From assembly GCA_964535725.1 (NCBI GenBank), contig CAZHUN010000009.1, positions 1 to 35,606 on the forward strand: 35,606 nucleotides of DNA. The letters are read 5' to 3'. This DNA comes from an uncultured archaeon. GTDB lineage: Archaea > Iainarchaeota > Iainarchaeia > Iainarchaeales > UBA10191. Position numbers and translations under genes: made by a program. The notes under the pieces are model-generated. The model searched no databases. It was not told the DNA's origin and saw only the letters and a program-made list of their open reading frames with translations. Shown piece after piece: positions 24,335 to 32,683 of the stretch. Each line of letters opens with the position of its first letter. Position 1 is the stretch's first letter.

Positions 24335-24787
24335 TTACTTCTCCATCACTTGGGCGACGCTTTTCTCAACAGGAGCGTTTGCGACGTGTTTGGCTTTCGG
24401 AGTTTCAACCAATGCTTTTTTTTCCGCCGCGCTCTTTTTGGCTGTTTTTTCCATTTTTCCGCGCTCGGCCATTTCGACAATCAACAAATTGCTCGGCTGC
24501 AACGGAAGCAATTTTTCTTTCCCGTCTCCGGTTTTGACAAAAACGCCTTCCACAAACACTCTTCCTTTTCGGACGTCCACGCGTTTGACTTTTCCTTGGG
24601 TTTTTTTCTTGTCCCCGCGCAACACTTTCACAGTATCTCCCGTGCGGACTCCGATGTTTCTTCCTTTTGCGGTTTTTCGCAATACTCTCGCGACGTGCAC
24701 ACGCACCCACTTTTTGCGCTGGTGCAATTTTGCGTCATAGCGCGCCTTGCGCTGTTTTCTTGGTTTGGAGCTTTTCATAAACTTCAC
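24335..24787 (-). CDS. rpl24: 50S ribosomal protein L24 (KOW), with C-terminal tail
   Basis: SKPRKQRK; GDTVKVLRGDKKKTQGKV..VD...GRVFVEG. Confidence 0.92.
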   Translation of the reverse strand: MKFMKSSKPRKQRKARYDAKLHQRKKWVRVHVARVLRKTAKGRNIGVRTGDTVKVLRGDKKKTQGKVKRVDVRKGRVFVEGVFVKTGDGKEKLLPLQPSNLLIVEMAERGKMEKTAKKSAAEKKALVETPKAKHVANAPVEKSVAQVMEK

Positions 24788-25182
24788 ACGATTGCCGCCG
24801 CCAGCGAGGCGATTTTGGGGTATCGTTCTCCGACTTCTTTCGCGACAAGGCCTTTCACTTCCGACGCTTTCGGCAGTCCTTTTTCGTCAACAAGGACTAC
24901 AGCATTGTCTTCGAACTTGAGCCTTCTTCCGTCCGCTCTACGGTATTCCTTAGTCACGCGCACGACAACAGCGCGTTCGACTTTCTTGCGCATTTCCGGC
25001 TTTCCTTTTTTGATGACCACATTCACCAAGTCTGCGATTCCCGCAGAAGGCTGCATGCGCTTGCGCGTGGTGTGGCCGAACACGGTGATGATTTCCACGA
25101 TTTTGGCTCCGGAATTGTCCGCGCACGTACACTGCGAGTGCTGGTGCAGTCCTTTCACCAAACTGGCGCTAATCGCTTTCAT
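24784..25182 (-). CDS. rpl14: 50S ribosomal protein L14
   Basis: CADNSGAK......V; VVVR.....RR.DG....F.DNA.V. Confidence 0.93.
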   Translation of the reverse strand: MKAISASLVKGLHQHSQCTCADNSGAKIVEIITVFGHTTRKRMQPSAGIADLVNVVIKKGKPEMRKKVERAVVVRVTKEYRRADGRRLKFEDNAVVLVDEKGLPKASEVKGLVAKEVGERYPKIASLAAAIV

Positions 25183-25583
25183 CTTTCTTCACCCTTAGCT
25201 GGTTGCGTCCGGCTTTCACGCGCGCCATCTTCGCTTTTGCTCGATGCCGCTTGCTTCGCCTGAACGTCTTCTTTTTCTTTCAATTCGGCTTTTTCATGCC
25301 CTTCGATGGACAGCACGACAAACGCCTTGGTTTTGGAAAGCTTCCTCGTTTCTCCGATTTTGACAATGTCGCCTTCTTTGGCGTTCATGCAAGGGGGATT
25401 ATGAGCGGCCATGGTGCTTTTGACTTTCTTGTACCGTTCGTATTTTGGCACAAAGTGGACGATTTTCCGCTCTACAATCACTGTCTTTGCCGCCTTGGCG
25501 CTTTTTACAGTTCCAACAAACACGTTGCCGCGCACTTTCACATGGCCGTGTACGGGACACTTTTCATCGTTGCATTCTGTCAT
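25179..25583 (-). CDS. rps17: 30S ribosomal protein S17, with acidic/Lys-rich C-terminal tail
   Basis: CPVHGHVKVRGNVFVGTV.S.K..KTV.VER; GD.V.IGE.R.LSKTK.F.V. Start set at ATG 25583. Confidence 0.92.
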   Translation of the reverse strand: MTECNDEKCPVHGHVKVRGNVFVGTVKSAKAAKTVIVERKIVHFVPKYERYKKVKSTMAAHNPPCMNAKEGDIVKIGETRKLSKTKAFVVLSIEGHEKAELKEKEDVQAKQAASSKSEDGARESRTQPAKGEER

Positions 25584-25614
25584 TATAGACACCTACGGTT
25601 TCCATTCCTTCCCT
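25584..25614 (-). promoter_or_regulatory. conserved intergenic leader element, short form (upstream of rps17)
   Basis: Gene-sense: AGGGAAGGAATGGAAACCGTAGGTGTCTATA-ATG. Confidence 0.7.
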
Positions 25615-25881
25615 TTATTTTCTCGCATATTGTTTCAACCGCTCTTCGGGCCGGAAAGCCAACCGCTTTCCGGAAACGCGATAGCGTTTTCCTTCCGCGA
25701 GCAGTTCGAAATCGCAATTTCTTTTTTGGAATTTTTTCTCTTTTCCCCCGAATTCAAATACGAACATTTCCTTGGTCTCGTCGACCGGTTTTCCTTCGCC
25801 CAAAAGCACGCCTTGTTTGGAAAAAACTTTCACTTTTCTTCCAATCCACTCGTGCGCGAGCACGTTTGTTGAGGAAATCAT
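25615..25881 (-). CDS. rnp1: RNase P protein component 1 (Rpp29/Pop4)
   Basis: HEWIGRKVKVFSK....LGEGKPVDETKEMFVFE.GGKEKKFQK..C.FEL......YRVSGKRL.FRPEERLK. Start preferred at ATG 25881, 5 nt after the aIF1 stop; ATG 25923 would overlap aIF1. Confidence 0.85.
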   Translation of the reverse strand: MISSTNVLAHEWIGRKVKVFSKQGVLLGEGKPVDETKEMFVFEFGGKEKKFQKRNCDFELLAEGKRYRVSGKRLAFRPEERLKQYARK

Positions 25882-25885
25882 TCTT

Positions 25886-26188
25886 TCATCCTTCAATGCT
25901 TTTCTCCTTGTACCCTTCTGCAATCAACAATTCTTTGACTTTTTTTCTGTGATCTCCCTGCAGTTCAATTCGCGTGTTTTTTACCGTTCCCCCGCACGCG
26001 AGCTTTCGTTTGAGCAGTTTGACGAGCTCTTTCGCTTTCGCCCGGTCATCCAAACCTTCAACGACGGTCAGGATTTTCCTGAAACGCGCGTATTCGGTCT
26101 TGATGCGAATCTTTTGCTGCTCTTTTTCGATCTCGCCGCAAACGCACAAGCTCTTGGGAAGGCCGCACGTTTCACAGATTTCATTCAT
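25886..26188 (-). CDS. translation initiation factor aIF1 (SUI1)
   Basis: ICETCGLPKSLCVCG zinc knuckle plus SUI1 fold (RKILTVVEGLD......L.K.LK.KLACGGTVK...IELQGDHR). Confidence 0.9.
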   Translation of the reverse strand: MNEICETCGLPKSLCVCGEIEKEQQKIRIKTEYARFRKILTVVEGLDDRAKAKELVKLLKRKLACGGTVKNTRIELQGDHRKKVKELLIAEGYKEKSIEG

Positions 26189-26403
26189 TTGTGTTTCGCA
26201 TCCCCCTTTGTCTTGTGCGTAATCACTGTCAAATGCCGTGCGATGTTTCTGCGCAAGGTTCGGATATTTCCCGGCTTTTCCGGTCGAGTGCCAGAACTTT
26301 TCAACGCGCGTTCTTTCGCCAGCAAATCTTTGAACTCTGCCACTTTGACTTCCAATTCCGCCACTCCCAAGTCTCGGATTTTCGACATTTCCTTGCGCGT
26401 CAT
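26185..26403 (-). CDS. rpl29: 50S ribosomal protein L29
   Basis: 72 aa with the helical L29 pattern (LE.KV.E.K..L.KER; IR.LRRNIAR..T). Confidence 0.88.
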   Translation of the reverse strand: MTRKEMSKIRDLGVAELEVKVAEFKDLLAKERALKSSGTRPEKPGNIRTLRRNIARHLTVITHKTKGDAKHK

Positions 26404-27242
26404 TTCGTTTCCTCTTTTTTCTCTTTATTCGCGTGCGGTTTTCGTTCAGGCTTTTTTTCCTCTTCGGAGTCTTTCTTCTCTTCTTTTACTTCGGCCTTTT
26501 GAGAAAAGGTCGGCGAAAAAAGCTCCGCAGCGGCTTTTTGGGAAACTGCGGGAGAAACTTTTCCTTCGACTTCAACTTTTTCTTCCGCTTTCGCTTCTTG
26601 CTTTTCTTCTGCCGGGGCTGGTTCGCGCGCTTTCATTTTTTCGTCCACCAATTGTCCGATGTTGATCTTGTCGGGGAATACCGTGTCGGGGTGGACAATG
26701 CGCACTTTGATTCCGATCGCGCCGTATTTGGGATAACAAGTCACTTTAGCGTAATCCACCAACTTGGTCTGGTCGCCTGTTTTTTTCATATACCCTTCCG
26801 CGACTCTCTGTCGCCTCTTTCGTTCTCCCTTTCCGCCCAATGCTCCAGAAAGCACGATTTCGACTCCTTGCGCGCCCTGGCGCATGATGTCGCGCATAAT
26901 CTTGTACACCACGCTTCTCCACGAAAATCCGCGTTCGAGCAGGTTTTTCATCTTGTCAACCACGGCTGCCGCGTCCAAGTCTGGAGTCGTTATCTCTTTG
27001 ATTTCGATTTGCGGGTTTTCGATTTTGAATCGTTCTCCCACTTCGAGCGTGAGCCTGCGAATGTTGGTTCCGCCTTTTCCAATTGCCATTCCCGGGTGTG
27101 TGCAATTGACGATCAACCGCGTGACCATGGGAGTTTTGATGACGTCCAATTTCGTGAATCCCGAACGGGGCATGTTGCCCTTCAAAAAATTCTCTAATTC
27201 AATCTTTTTCCAGTTTTGCTGGATAAACGTTCTTTCAATCAT
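26400..27242 (-). CDS. rps3: 30S ribosomal protein S3 with about 80-aa K/E/A-rich C-terminal tail
   Basis: KH domain (HPGMAIGKGGTNIRRLT) and S3 C-domain (EIVLSG.LGG...RR). Confidence 0.93.
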   Translation of the reverse strand: MIERTFIQQNWKKIELENFLKGNMPRSGFTKLDVIKTPMVTRLIVNCTHPGMAIGKGGTNIRRLTLEVGERFKIENPQIEIKEITTPDLDAAAVVDKMKNLLERGFSWRSVVYKIMRDIMRQGAQGVEIVLSGALGGKGERKRRQRVAEGYMKKTGDQTKLVDYAKVTCYPKYGAIGIKVRIVHPDTVFPDKINIGQLVDEKMKAREPAPAEEKQEAKAEEKVEVEGKVSPAVSQKAAAELFSPTFSQKAEVKEEKKDSEEEKKPERKPHANKEKKEETK

Positions 27243-27712
27243 CAGGCCGCCTCTTTCAAAACGACTTCGATGTGCGTGCTCTTTTTTTTGCGCGACCTTC
27301 CGCCGATGTGCCCTTGGGGTTGGTGGGAAGGGCGTTCGAACCCTTGCGAAGAAAAGGCGTGAAATACGTACAATTTTTTGACATCCATTCCTTGCACGTC
27401 CGCGTTCGACTTTGCGCTTTCCAACAATTCAATCCAATCTTCGCACGCGTTGAACGGATACCGGCCGCTTTTGGTAAAGCTGGTCGGTTTTCCCTTGCGG
27501 TGTCCCATTTCGAGCCTGAACCTGCGCAACGGCAAGTATTCTTTTTTTTCTTTCACTCGGTTCAAAAAAGCCAATGCCTTGTCGATTTTTTTTCCCTTGA
27601 GTTCGCGGCAAATTTCTCTCGAATATTTTTTGGAAATGCGCGCGTTCGGGTGCATGGCCTTGGCTGTCTTTTCGCTCTCGACCAGGAGGATTTGATAGTT
27701 TTTCTTGCTCAT
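27242..27712 (-). CDS. rpl22: 50S ribosomal protein L22
   Basis: ARISKKYSREICRELKGK..DKA..FL; HIEVVL.E. Confidence 0.92.
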   Translation of the reverse strand: MSKKNYQILLVESEKTAKAMHPNARISKKYSREICRELKGKKIDKALAFLNRVKEKKEYLPLRRFRLEMGHRKGKPTSFTKSGRYPFNACEDWIELLESAKSNADVQGMDVKKLYVFHAFSSQGFERPSHQPQGHIGGRSRKKKSTHIEVVLKEAA

Positions 27713-27721
27713 TGATAGACA

Positions 27722-28123
27722 CTATCCGCGCGCCGTAATGGCCGTAGAGCTCTTTGTTGCTCCGATTCCCGCCTTTCCGTGCCGCAATTTTTTTCGTGTA
27801 AGCGAAAATTCTCCCAACGCGTGTCCCATCATGTCGGGCTGGACTTCGAACACTTCCCACGCGTTTCCCTTGTACACGGAAAGCTTGAGTCCGACCATTT
27901 TCGGAAGAATCACAACATCCCGCTTGTGGGTGCGGATGATTTTCGGCTCTTTTCCCTTTGCCTTCTCTTCTAACGCTTTGTCGACTCGCTTCATAAACGG
28001 CTTGTCCGAATAACGCAACAGCGTCCTCCGCTGGCGCGAAGTCACGAGTTTGGCAAACTCTGGCACGCTCAACGCGAGCAATTCTGTCATGGTTTTTCCT
28101 TTGAAAGTATATTCTTTCGCCAT
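27722..28123 (-). CDS. rps19: 30S ribosomal protein S19
   Basis: TH.RD.VILP.MVG....VY.G..........MMGH.LGEF..TRK...HGK.G.GAT. Confidence 0.93.
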   Translation of the reverse strand: MAKEYTFKGKTMTELLALSVPEFAKLVTSRQRRTLLRYSDKPFMKRVDKALEEKAKGKEPKIIRTHKRDVVILPKMVGLKLSVYKGNAWEVFEVQPDMMGHALGEFSLTRKKLRHGKAGIGATKSSTAITARG

Positions 28124-28153
28124 TCTAAATTCCGCCGTTCATTCCTTTCAGTT
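28124..28153 (-). promoter_or_regulatory. degenerate short-form leader element (upstream of rps19)
   Basis: Gene-sense: AACTGAAAGGAATGAACGGCGGAATTTAGA-ATG. Aligns loosely with the 25584-25614 copy (AAGGAATG.AA.C.G..GG). Confidence 0.4.
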
Positions 28154-28858
28154 TCATTTCTTCTTCCTTCCCGTTCGCTTCGAAGCAATGGCTCCGACTT
28201 TTCTTCCAGGAGGCGCGTGTCTTGAGACAGATTTTGATTTTCCGGCATGGTGTGCCGATCCGCCGAACGGATGCGAAACCGGGTTCATCGCGACGCCGCG
28301 CGTGTCCGGGTACGCTTTTCGACGGGAGTGATGCCAATGGTGGTTGGTTCCCGCTTTGACCATGGGCTTTTCGATTCTTCCGCCGCCCGCCGAATTTCCT
28401 ATTGTTGCACGACATCTCGGATTGAGCACCAAACTCTTTCCCGAAGGCAATTTTAATAGCACGCCATTCTGTTCTTTTCCCATCACCAAACCGTACATTC
28501 CAGAGCCTTTGGCAAACACTCCACCGTCTCCCGGAAGCCGTTCGATGGCAAAAACTGGACAACCTTCGACAATGTTCGATAGTGGAAGAATATTTCCGAT
28601 GACGAGCGCGGCGTCTTTTCCCATTTCAATCCACTGTCCGACTCTCAACCCTTCCGCGGCCATGACTTGCATGTCTCTCCCGTCTTCCAATCGGATTTCG
28701 GCAATCGTTCCCGTATGTCCGGGCTCGCTGTACACGTCCAACACTTGTCCTTTCAATGTTTCTTCGCTGGCGGGAACATAGCGTGCTTCTGCCTTTCCAA
28801 ATCCGGCCTTGAAGATAGAGCCTTTTCCCATTCTCCGCGTTTTTGTACGTCTTCCCAT
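28154..28858 (-). CDS. rpl2: 50S ribosomal protein L2
   Basis: GRIEKP..KAG...H.....K.YP..RGVAMNPV.HPFGGS.HH.GK. Confidence 0.94.
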   Translation of the reverse strand: MGRRTKTRRMGKGSIFKAGFGKAEARYVPASEETLKGQVLDVYSEPGHTGTIAEIRLEDGRDMQVMAAEGLRVGQWIEMGKDAALVIGNILPLSNIVEGCPVFAIERLPGDGGVFAKGSGMYGLVMGKEQNGVLLKLPSGKSLVLNPRCRATIGNSAGGGRIEKPMVKAGTNHHWHHSRRKAYPDTRGVAMNPVSHPFGGSAHHAGKSKSVSRHAPPGRKVGAIASKRTGRKKK

Positions 28859-28931
28859 ATGGACACCTACGATAGGAAACTGCGTTTCCTAATCCCTTCC
28901 TTTTCCATTTTCAACTTCCCTTTAAGTTTGA
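28859..28931 (-). promoter_or_regulatory. conserved intergenic leader element, long form (upstream of rpl2)
   Basis: Gene-sense: TCAAACTTAAAGGGAAGTTGAAAATGGAAAAGGAAGGGATTAGGAAACGCAGTTTCCTATCGTAGGTGTCCAT-ATG. Confidence 0.8.
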
Positions 28932-29354
28932 TCATACGATTCCAATCCTTGTTGCAACGTCCCGTGCTTTGAATTCTTTCGAGAGTCGAATAATGGCTTT
29001 CTTTCTGCCTTTCATATCCATCAAAGTTTGGATTCCCTCGACTTTTACCTTGTACGCGTCTTCCATTGCCTTTTTCACGTCTTTCTTCGACGCCTTGGCC
29101 GAAACAATAAACGTGAGTTTATTTTGGCCTTCAATCATGTTCACGGCTTTTTCCGAAACTAACGGATGGATTAGCACGTCGCGCGCGTGCATTTGCACTT
29201 CCGCACTCGCCTCGTCCATTTTTTCGCTTTTGACTATTGTTTTGAACGGCTTGACTTTTTTGGCCGAATGCACGTGCAATGCTTTCGACGGAAGCGCTTT
29301 CTTTACTGTAGACTTTTTCGCGACTGGCATGGTTTTTTGGGTTTTTTTGGTCAT
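28932..29354 (-). CDS. rpl23: 50S ribosomal protein L23 with about 50-aa Lys-rich N-terminal extension
   Basis: C-terminal 85 aa is canonical L23 (LIHPLVSEKAVNMIEGQNKLTFIV...A.K.DVKKA.E..Y.VKV). ATG 29354 abuts the L4 stop, supporting the long form. Confidence 0.88.
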   Translation of the reverse strand: MTKKTQKTMPVAKKSTVKKALPSKALHVHSAKKVKPFKTIVKSEKMDEASAEVQMHARDVLIHPLVSEKAVNMIEGQNKLTFIVSAKASKKDVKKAMEDAYKVKVEGIQTLMDMKGRKKAIIRLSKEFKARDVATRIGIV

Positions 29355-29355
29355 T

Positions 29356-30165
29356 TTATTCGCTCGCTTTTGGCAATTCTTTCAACGAATTTTCTGTATA
29401 AACAGTTAGTCTTCCCGCCACTGCTCCCGGAGCGAGCAATTCCGCGTTCAATTGTCGCGCTTGGCAAACGTCCACGCCTTCCAAGTTCCGGCACGCCTTC
29501 AACGCGTTTGAAGAAGTGTTGGAAGTAACAATCAGCACGCTCTTGGCGCGCTTGTGTTTTCTTCCCCTAGACTTTCCCCTTCCAGCGCGTACTTTCTTTT
29601 TCTCTTTCGCGCGTTCAATGTCAGTATTTAATTTCAGTTTTTCCAGCACGTGCAAAACGTCTTTGGTTTTTTTCAACGCTTCAAAATCGTTCGACACAAT
29701 GATTGGAAGTTGGGAAAATTCCGCGCGGTGTCCGCGCAATTTCACAAGCGCTTTGTCCGCCGTGGCAGCGATTGCGCTCAACAATGCTTTTTTGCGCTCT
29801 TTCACGTTGATTTTTTCGCCCAACACTCTCCACGATTCGGGAGAATGGGCTTTCGGTCCTTTGACAGTTCCCGGAATTCCCTTCACTTGTCCGTACAACA
29901 AATATCGGCGGTTTTTCGTTCGCGGCCTTCGCGCGTGTCCAGTATTGATGGTTTTCAACGGCGCGGGCTTATGGCGCATGCCCACATATTGAACAACAGT
30001 ATTCCTTCCCGCGCGTGGCATTGCCCCATAGGGTTGGCGTGCCATGCTTTGCATGGACAGTACGGAACGTCGAATCAACATTTCGTCTATCGGAGAATCG
30101 AAAACCGCGGGTAGCGTGATTTCTTTTCCTTTCACGCCCTGCAAGTCGTACACGCTTGCTTTCAT
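29356..30165 (-). CDS. rpl4: 50S ribosomal protein L4
   Basis: 269 aa with RQPYGAMPRAGR and RGHR motifs. Confidence 0.92.
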   Translation of the reverse strand: MKASVYDLQGVKGKEITLPAVFDSPIDEMLIRRSVLSMQSMARQPYGAMPRAGRNTVVQYVGMRHKPAPLKTINTGHARRPRTKNRRYLLYGQVKGIPGTVKGPKAHSPESWRVLGEKINVKERKKALLSAIAATADKALVKLRGHRAEFSQLPIIVSNDFEALKKTKDVLHVLEKLKLNTDIERAKEKKKVRAGRGKSRGRKHKRAKSVLIVTSNTSSNALKACRNLEGVDVCQARQLNAELLAPGAVAGRLTVYTENSLKELPKASE

Positions 30166-31139
30166 TCTCTCACCACTTGCACGTCTTGCACTTCAAACCG
30201 TTCATTCGGAGAGCGCATGGGCTGGCGCAAGGCAATCAATCGCTTGACCGGGCCGGGAACCGAACCGGCAATCAACAAATAGGAATTCCGAACATCGCCA
30301 TAGTGTTCGAATCCCCCACTCGGAGTAATTCCTTCCGGAGTTTGGGAAATTTTCAACAATCGCTTGTTGAATTCTGTGCGCGAATGGTATCCCATTTGTC
30401 CCATGCGGCCGACAGTGAACATGATGGTGGCCGGATGCCAAGGGCCGTAGGTTCCTGCCTTTCGATGGTACTTTGCCTTGTTTCCAAAGGTTTTCACTCC
30501 AAAACGCTTGACTTCGCCTTGCGTTCCCTTTCCCAATGTTACGGCTTTTGCATCCAAAAATTGCGAGTCTTTGAACGTTTCTTCCACTTTCAATTCCGAA
30601 CCCAATTTTTGTTTTGCGTAATCCCATTGTTGTTCTGTAGTTCCCGACAATACAATTTCCGACACTTCGGGCTTCTTCTTTCCAATCGAAGTCAAGTAAG
30701 GCTGCAAATGTACGAGCAGACGAATTTGCAAAAATTCTCCCTTTCGTTTTTCCAATTCTTCCATCGAGTGTTTTTTCTTTTGCAAATCAATGTTCAAAAT
30801 CTTTCTCGACAAGTGTTTTTCTTTTTTGTCACTCCACACTTCTCCCAACACGCGCGTTCCGTACGTGGATTTTCCGTACGCGCGCACGCCCATCACTTTG
30901 ACTGGCGGACATTCCAAAACAGTTGCGGGGATAAAAATTTCCTGGTTAAAAGTCGTTGTTTTTTTGCGCACGTTTTTCGCGGAAGCGTGTACCATTCCCG
31001 CCTTGTACCCCCAAAAATTTAACGGCTTGGCCGGACCTTCGAGAATGGGAAACGTGTCGAAGACTGGAGTTTCTTTCTTCGCGCGCTTGCGCGGATAGTA
31101 GGCAATCGAACCTTTTCTGGGCGCGTTCTTTTTGGACAT
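30162..31139 (-). CDS. rpl3: 50S ribosomal protein L3 (first gene of the cluster)
   Basis: PRKGS.AYYPRKRA; GYKAGM.H; GKGTQG..KRFGVK; WHPA. Confidence 0.93.
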   Translation of the reverse strand: MSKKNAPRKGSIAYYPRKRAKKETPVFDTFPILEGPAKPLNFWGYKAGMVHASAKNVRKKTTTFNQEIFIPATVLECPPVKVMGVRAYGKSTYGTRVLGEVWSDKKEKHLSRKILNIDLQKKKHSMEELEKRKGEFLQIRLLVHLQPYLTSIGKKKPEVSEIVLSGTTEQQWDYAKQKLGSELKVEETFKDSQFLDAKAVTLGKGTQGEVKRFGVKTFGNKAKYHRKAGTYGPWHPATIMFTVGRMGQMGYHSRTEFNKRLLKISQTPEGITPSGGFEHYGDVRNSYLLIAGSVPGPVKRLIALRQPMRSPNERFEVQDVQVVRE

Positions 31140-31189
31140 TTTGTTTCCTTTGATTCAATGCCGATGCAAGGGAAATTGCAAACCTGGAC

Positions 31190-31197
31190 AATATTTT
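31190..31197 (-). promoter_or_regulatory. possible TATA-like box for the rpl3-led operon
   Basis: Minus-sense AAAATATT inside GACAAAATATTGTCC, about 54 nt upstream of ATG 31139. Confidence 0.25.
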
Positions 31198-31383
31198 GTC
31201 TTCACAGCAGCGCCGGAAGCCAAAAACATTGCGTGGGAGAATACAACAAAAAGTCCGAAATTTTCCTTGGAGGGAACAGAACTTTTTGAGCACCTCTTGC
31301 TAACGGCAATGGTTTGCTCTTTTCAGAAAATCCCACGAAAAAGGTTAAAAAGAGGTCTATATGCTTTGATTTAGGCAATTTGA

Positions 31384-31680
31384 ATGGAAAATCCAAAACA
31401 GGCATCAAAATCTTCGTTTGCCAAGTACTTGTTTGCGCTCCTCATCATTGTTGCCCTCGAACTTTATCTGGTCGGGAAAACGATTTGGTTTCTCTTGCAA
31501 GGGAAAATCTACCTTTGGACGGGAGTATCAGGAGTGTCGGTCAGCACATATTTGATTAACATTGCAGAAATGACCGCCTTTGATTGGTTTCTATTCATTC
31601 TCTTCGATGTAATTGCCTATCTTATAATGGCTTATCTCATTGTATTGGGTTATACTAAAATCAAGAAAGGAAATTATTAA
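31384..31680 (+). CDS. hypothetical small membrane protein (about 3 TM)
   Basis: 98-aa ORF with three hydrophobic stretches (YLFALLIIVALELYL, VSGVSVSTYLI, FDWFLFILFDVIAYLIMAYLIVLG). One of the few plus-strand ORFs that is not antisense to a strong gene. No family recognised. Confidence 0.5.
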   Translation: MENPKQASKSSFAKYLFALLIIVALELYLVGKTIWFLLQGKIYLWTGVSGVSVSTYLINIAEMTAFDWFLFILFDVIAYLIMAYLIVLGYTKIKKGNY

Positions 31681-31698
31681 TTCATTCCCCGCTAAACT

Positions 31699-32481
31699 CT
31701 ATTTCGATTTTTTCTTCAACAATTTGTTCACACCTTGGAGCATTTCGAGCAAGTCGATGGGAACCGCCATGATGACGGTATTACTTGCGCTGGGCCCCAA
31801 TCCATCAATCGTTTGTAAGGTTCGAAGCTGCATGGCTCCTGGCGTGGCAGTCATGACTTTCGCTGCTTTCGCCAGGTTTTCGGCCGCCATGCGATCGCCT
31901 TCCGCCTTGATGATGGTGGCGCGCTTTTCTCTTTCCGAGCTCGCCTGGCGAGACATCAACCGCTTCAAGTCTTCGGCCATGTCGATGTCTTGCAACTTGA
32001 TGCTTTCGATGGAAATTCCCCAATGAGAGGTTTCAGTTTCGACAATCTTTTCGATTTCTTCTCCGATGGTTTCTCTCTTCGACAACACATCGTCCAACAC
32101 CATGTTTCCCACCACATCCCTCAACGCGGTTTGCGCGTACTGCGAAACCGCATAAATGTAGTCTTGCACTTTAATGATGGCGTCTTCTGCCCGTTCCACT
32201 TTGAAATACACGACTCCGTTAATCATGACCGGAACATTGTCTTTGGTAATCACTTGCTGGTCGGGAATGTCCAACGTCAGAATGCGCATGTCGACTTTGC
32301 GCACGCGGTCAATGATGGGGATGATGATGCGCAATCCAGGTTCCAACGAATCCTTGTAGCGCCCCAACCGAAAGCGCACGCCGCGCTCGTACTGTTGGAT
32401 GATGCGGATGCCGAATGCGGCAATGATAATGGCTACAACAATCAGCCAGAAGAGCACGTTGAGAATGTCGAACCAGGCCAT
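31699..32481 (-). CDS. SPFH/band-7 (stomatin-prohibitin family) membrane protein
   Basis: N-terminal TM, then IIQQYERGV.FRLGR....L.PGL..IIP.ID.V..VD.R........Q.VITKDNV.V..N.VVYF.V.... and a coiled-coil C-terminus. Start preferred at ATG 32481 (TATA-like TTTAAA about 27 nt upstream, so leaderless). Confidence 0.88.
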   Translation of the reverse strand: MAWFDILNVLFWLIVVAIIIAAFGIRIIQQYERGVRFRLGRYKDSLEPGLRIIIPIIDRVRKVDMRILTLDIPDQQVITKDNVPVMINGVVYFKVERAEDAIIKVQDYIYAVSQYAQTALRDVVGNMVLDDVLSKRETIGEEIEKIVETETSHWGISIESIKLQDIDMAEDLKRLMSRQASSEREKRATIIKAEGDRMAAENLAKAAKVMTATPGAMQLRTLQTIDGLGPSASNTVIMAVPIDLLEMLQGVNKLLKKKSK

Positions 32482-32505
32482 GTTCAAATTGGGAAAGAAA
32501 TGGTG

Positions 32506-32511
32506 TTTAAA
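32506..32511 (-). promoter_or_regulatory. TATA-like box for the SPFH gene (leaderless geometry)
   Basis: TTTAAA about 27 nt upstream of ATG 32481. Confidence 0.4.
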
Positions 32512-32520
32512 TGTTTCGCT

Positions 32521-32564
32521 GGCGTTGAAAAATAAGAAAAAGTCCTTGAAGTTAATTCAAGGAC
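32521..32564 (-). terminator. hairpin plus oligo-T terminator after the surface-protein gene
   Basis: Perfect 9-bp stem GTCCTTGAA-TTAAC-TTCAAGGAC (32542-32564), followed in the minus sense by TTTTTCTTATTTTTC. Confidence 0.5.
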
Positions 32565-32683
32565 AGCTTTTTGAAGAATTTCGCGATCGCTTTTCGAACG
32601 TCTTTCAAAAAAACGTTTTTGACAGCGCGCGTTTTGATTTTTGCTTTCATGTTTTCAACCCCCAAAAAATTGTTCCACGAGTT

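Noticed and set aside
2274-28931. Interpreting the repeated 30-70 nt elements as a CRISPR array or MITE-type mobile element.
   Set aside because: The copies are kilobases apart, always in an intergenic spacer, always in gene orientation and in a fixed register with a start codon. There are no terminal inverted repeats, target-site duplications or regular repeat-spacer periodicity.
32552-32650. 32-codon minus-strand ORF (MKAKIKTRAVKNVFLKDVRKAIAKFFKKLSLN) between the surface-protein gene and the terminator, with a GGGGGT stretch upstream.
   Set aside because: It is very short, has no recognisable family, and its 3' end runs into the terminator hairpin. It cannot be supported without conservation or expression data.
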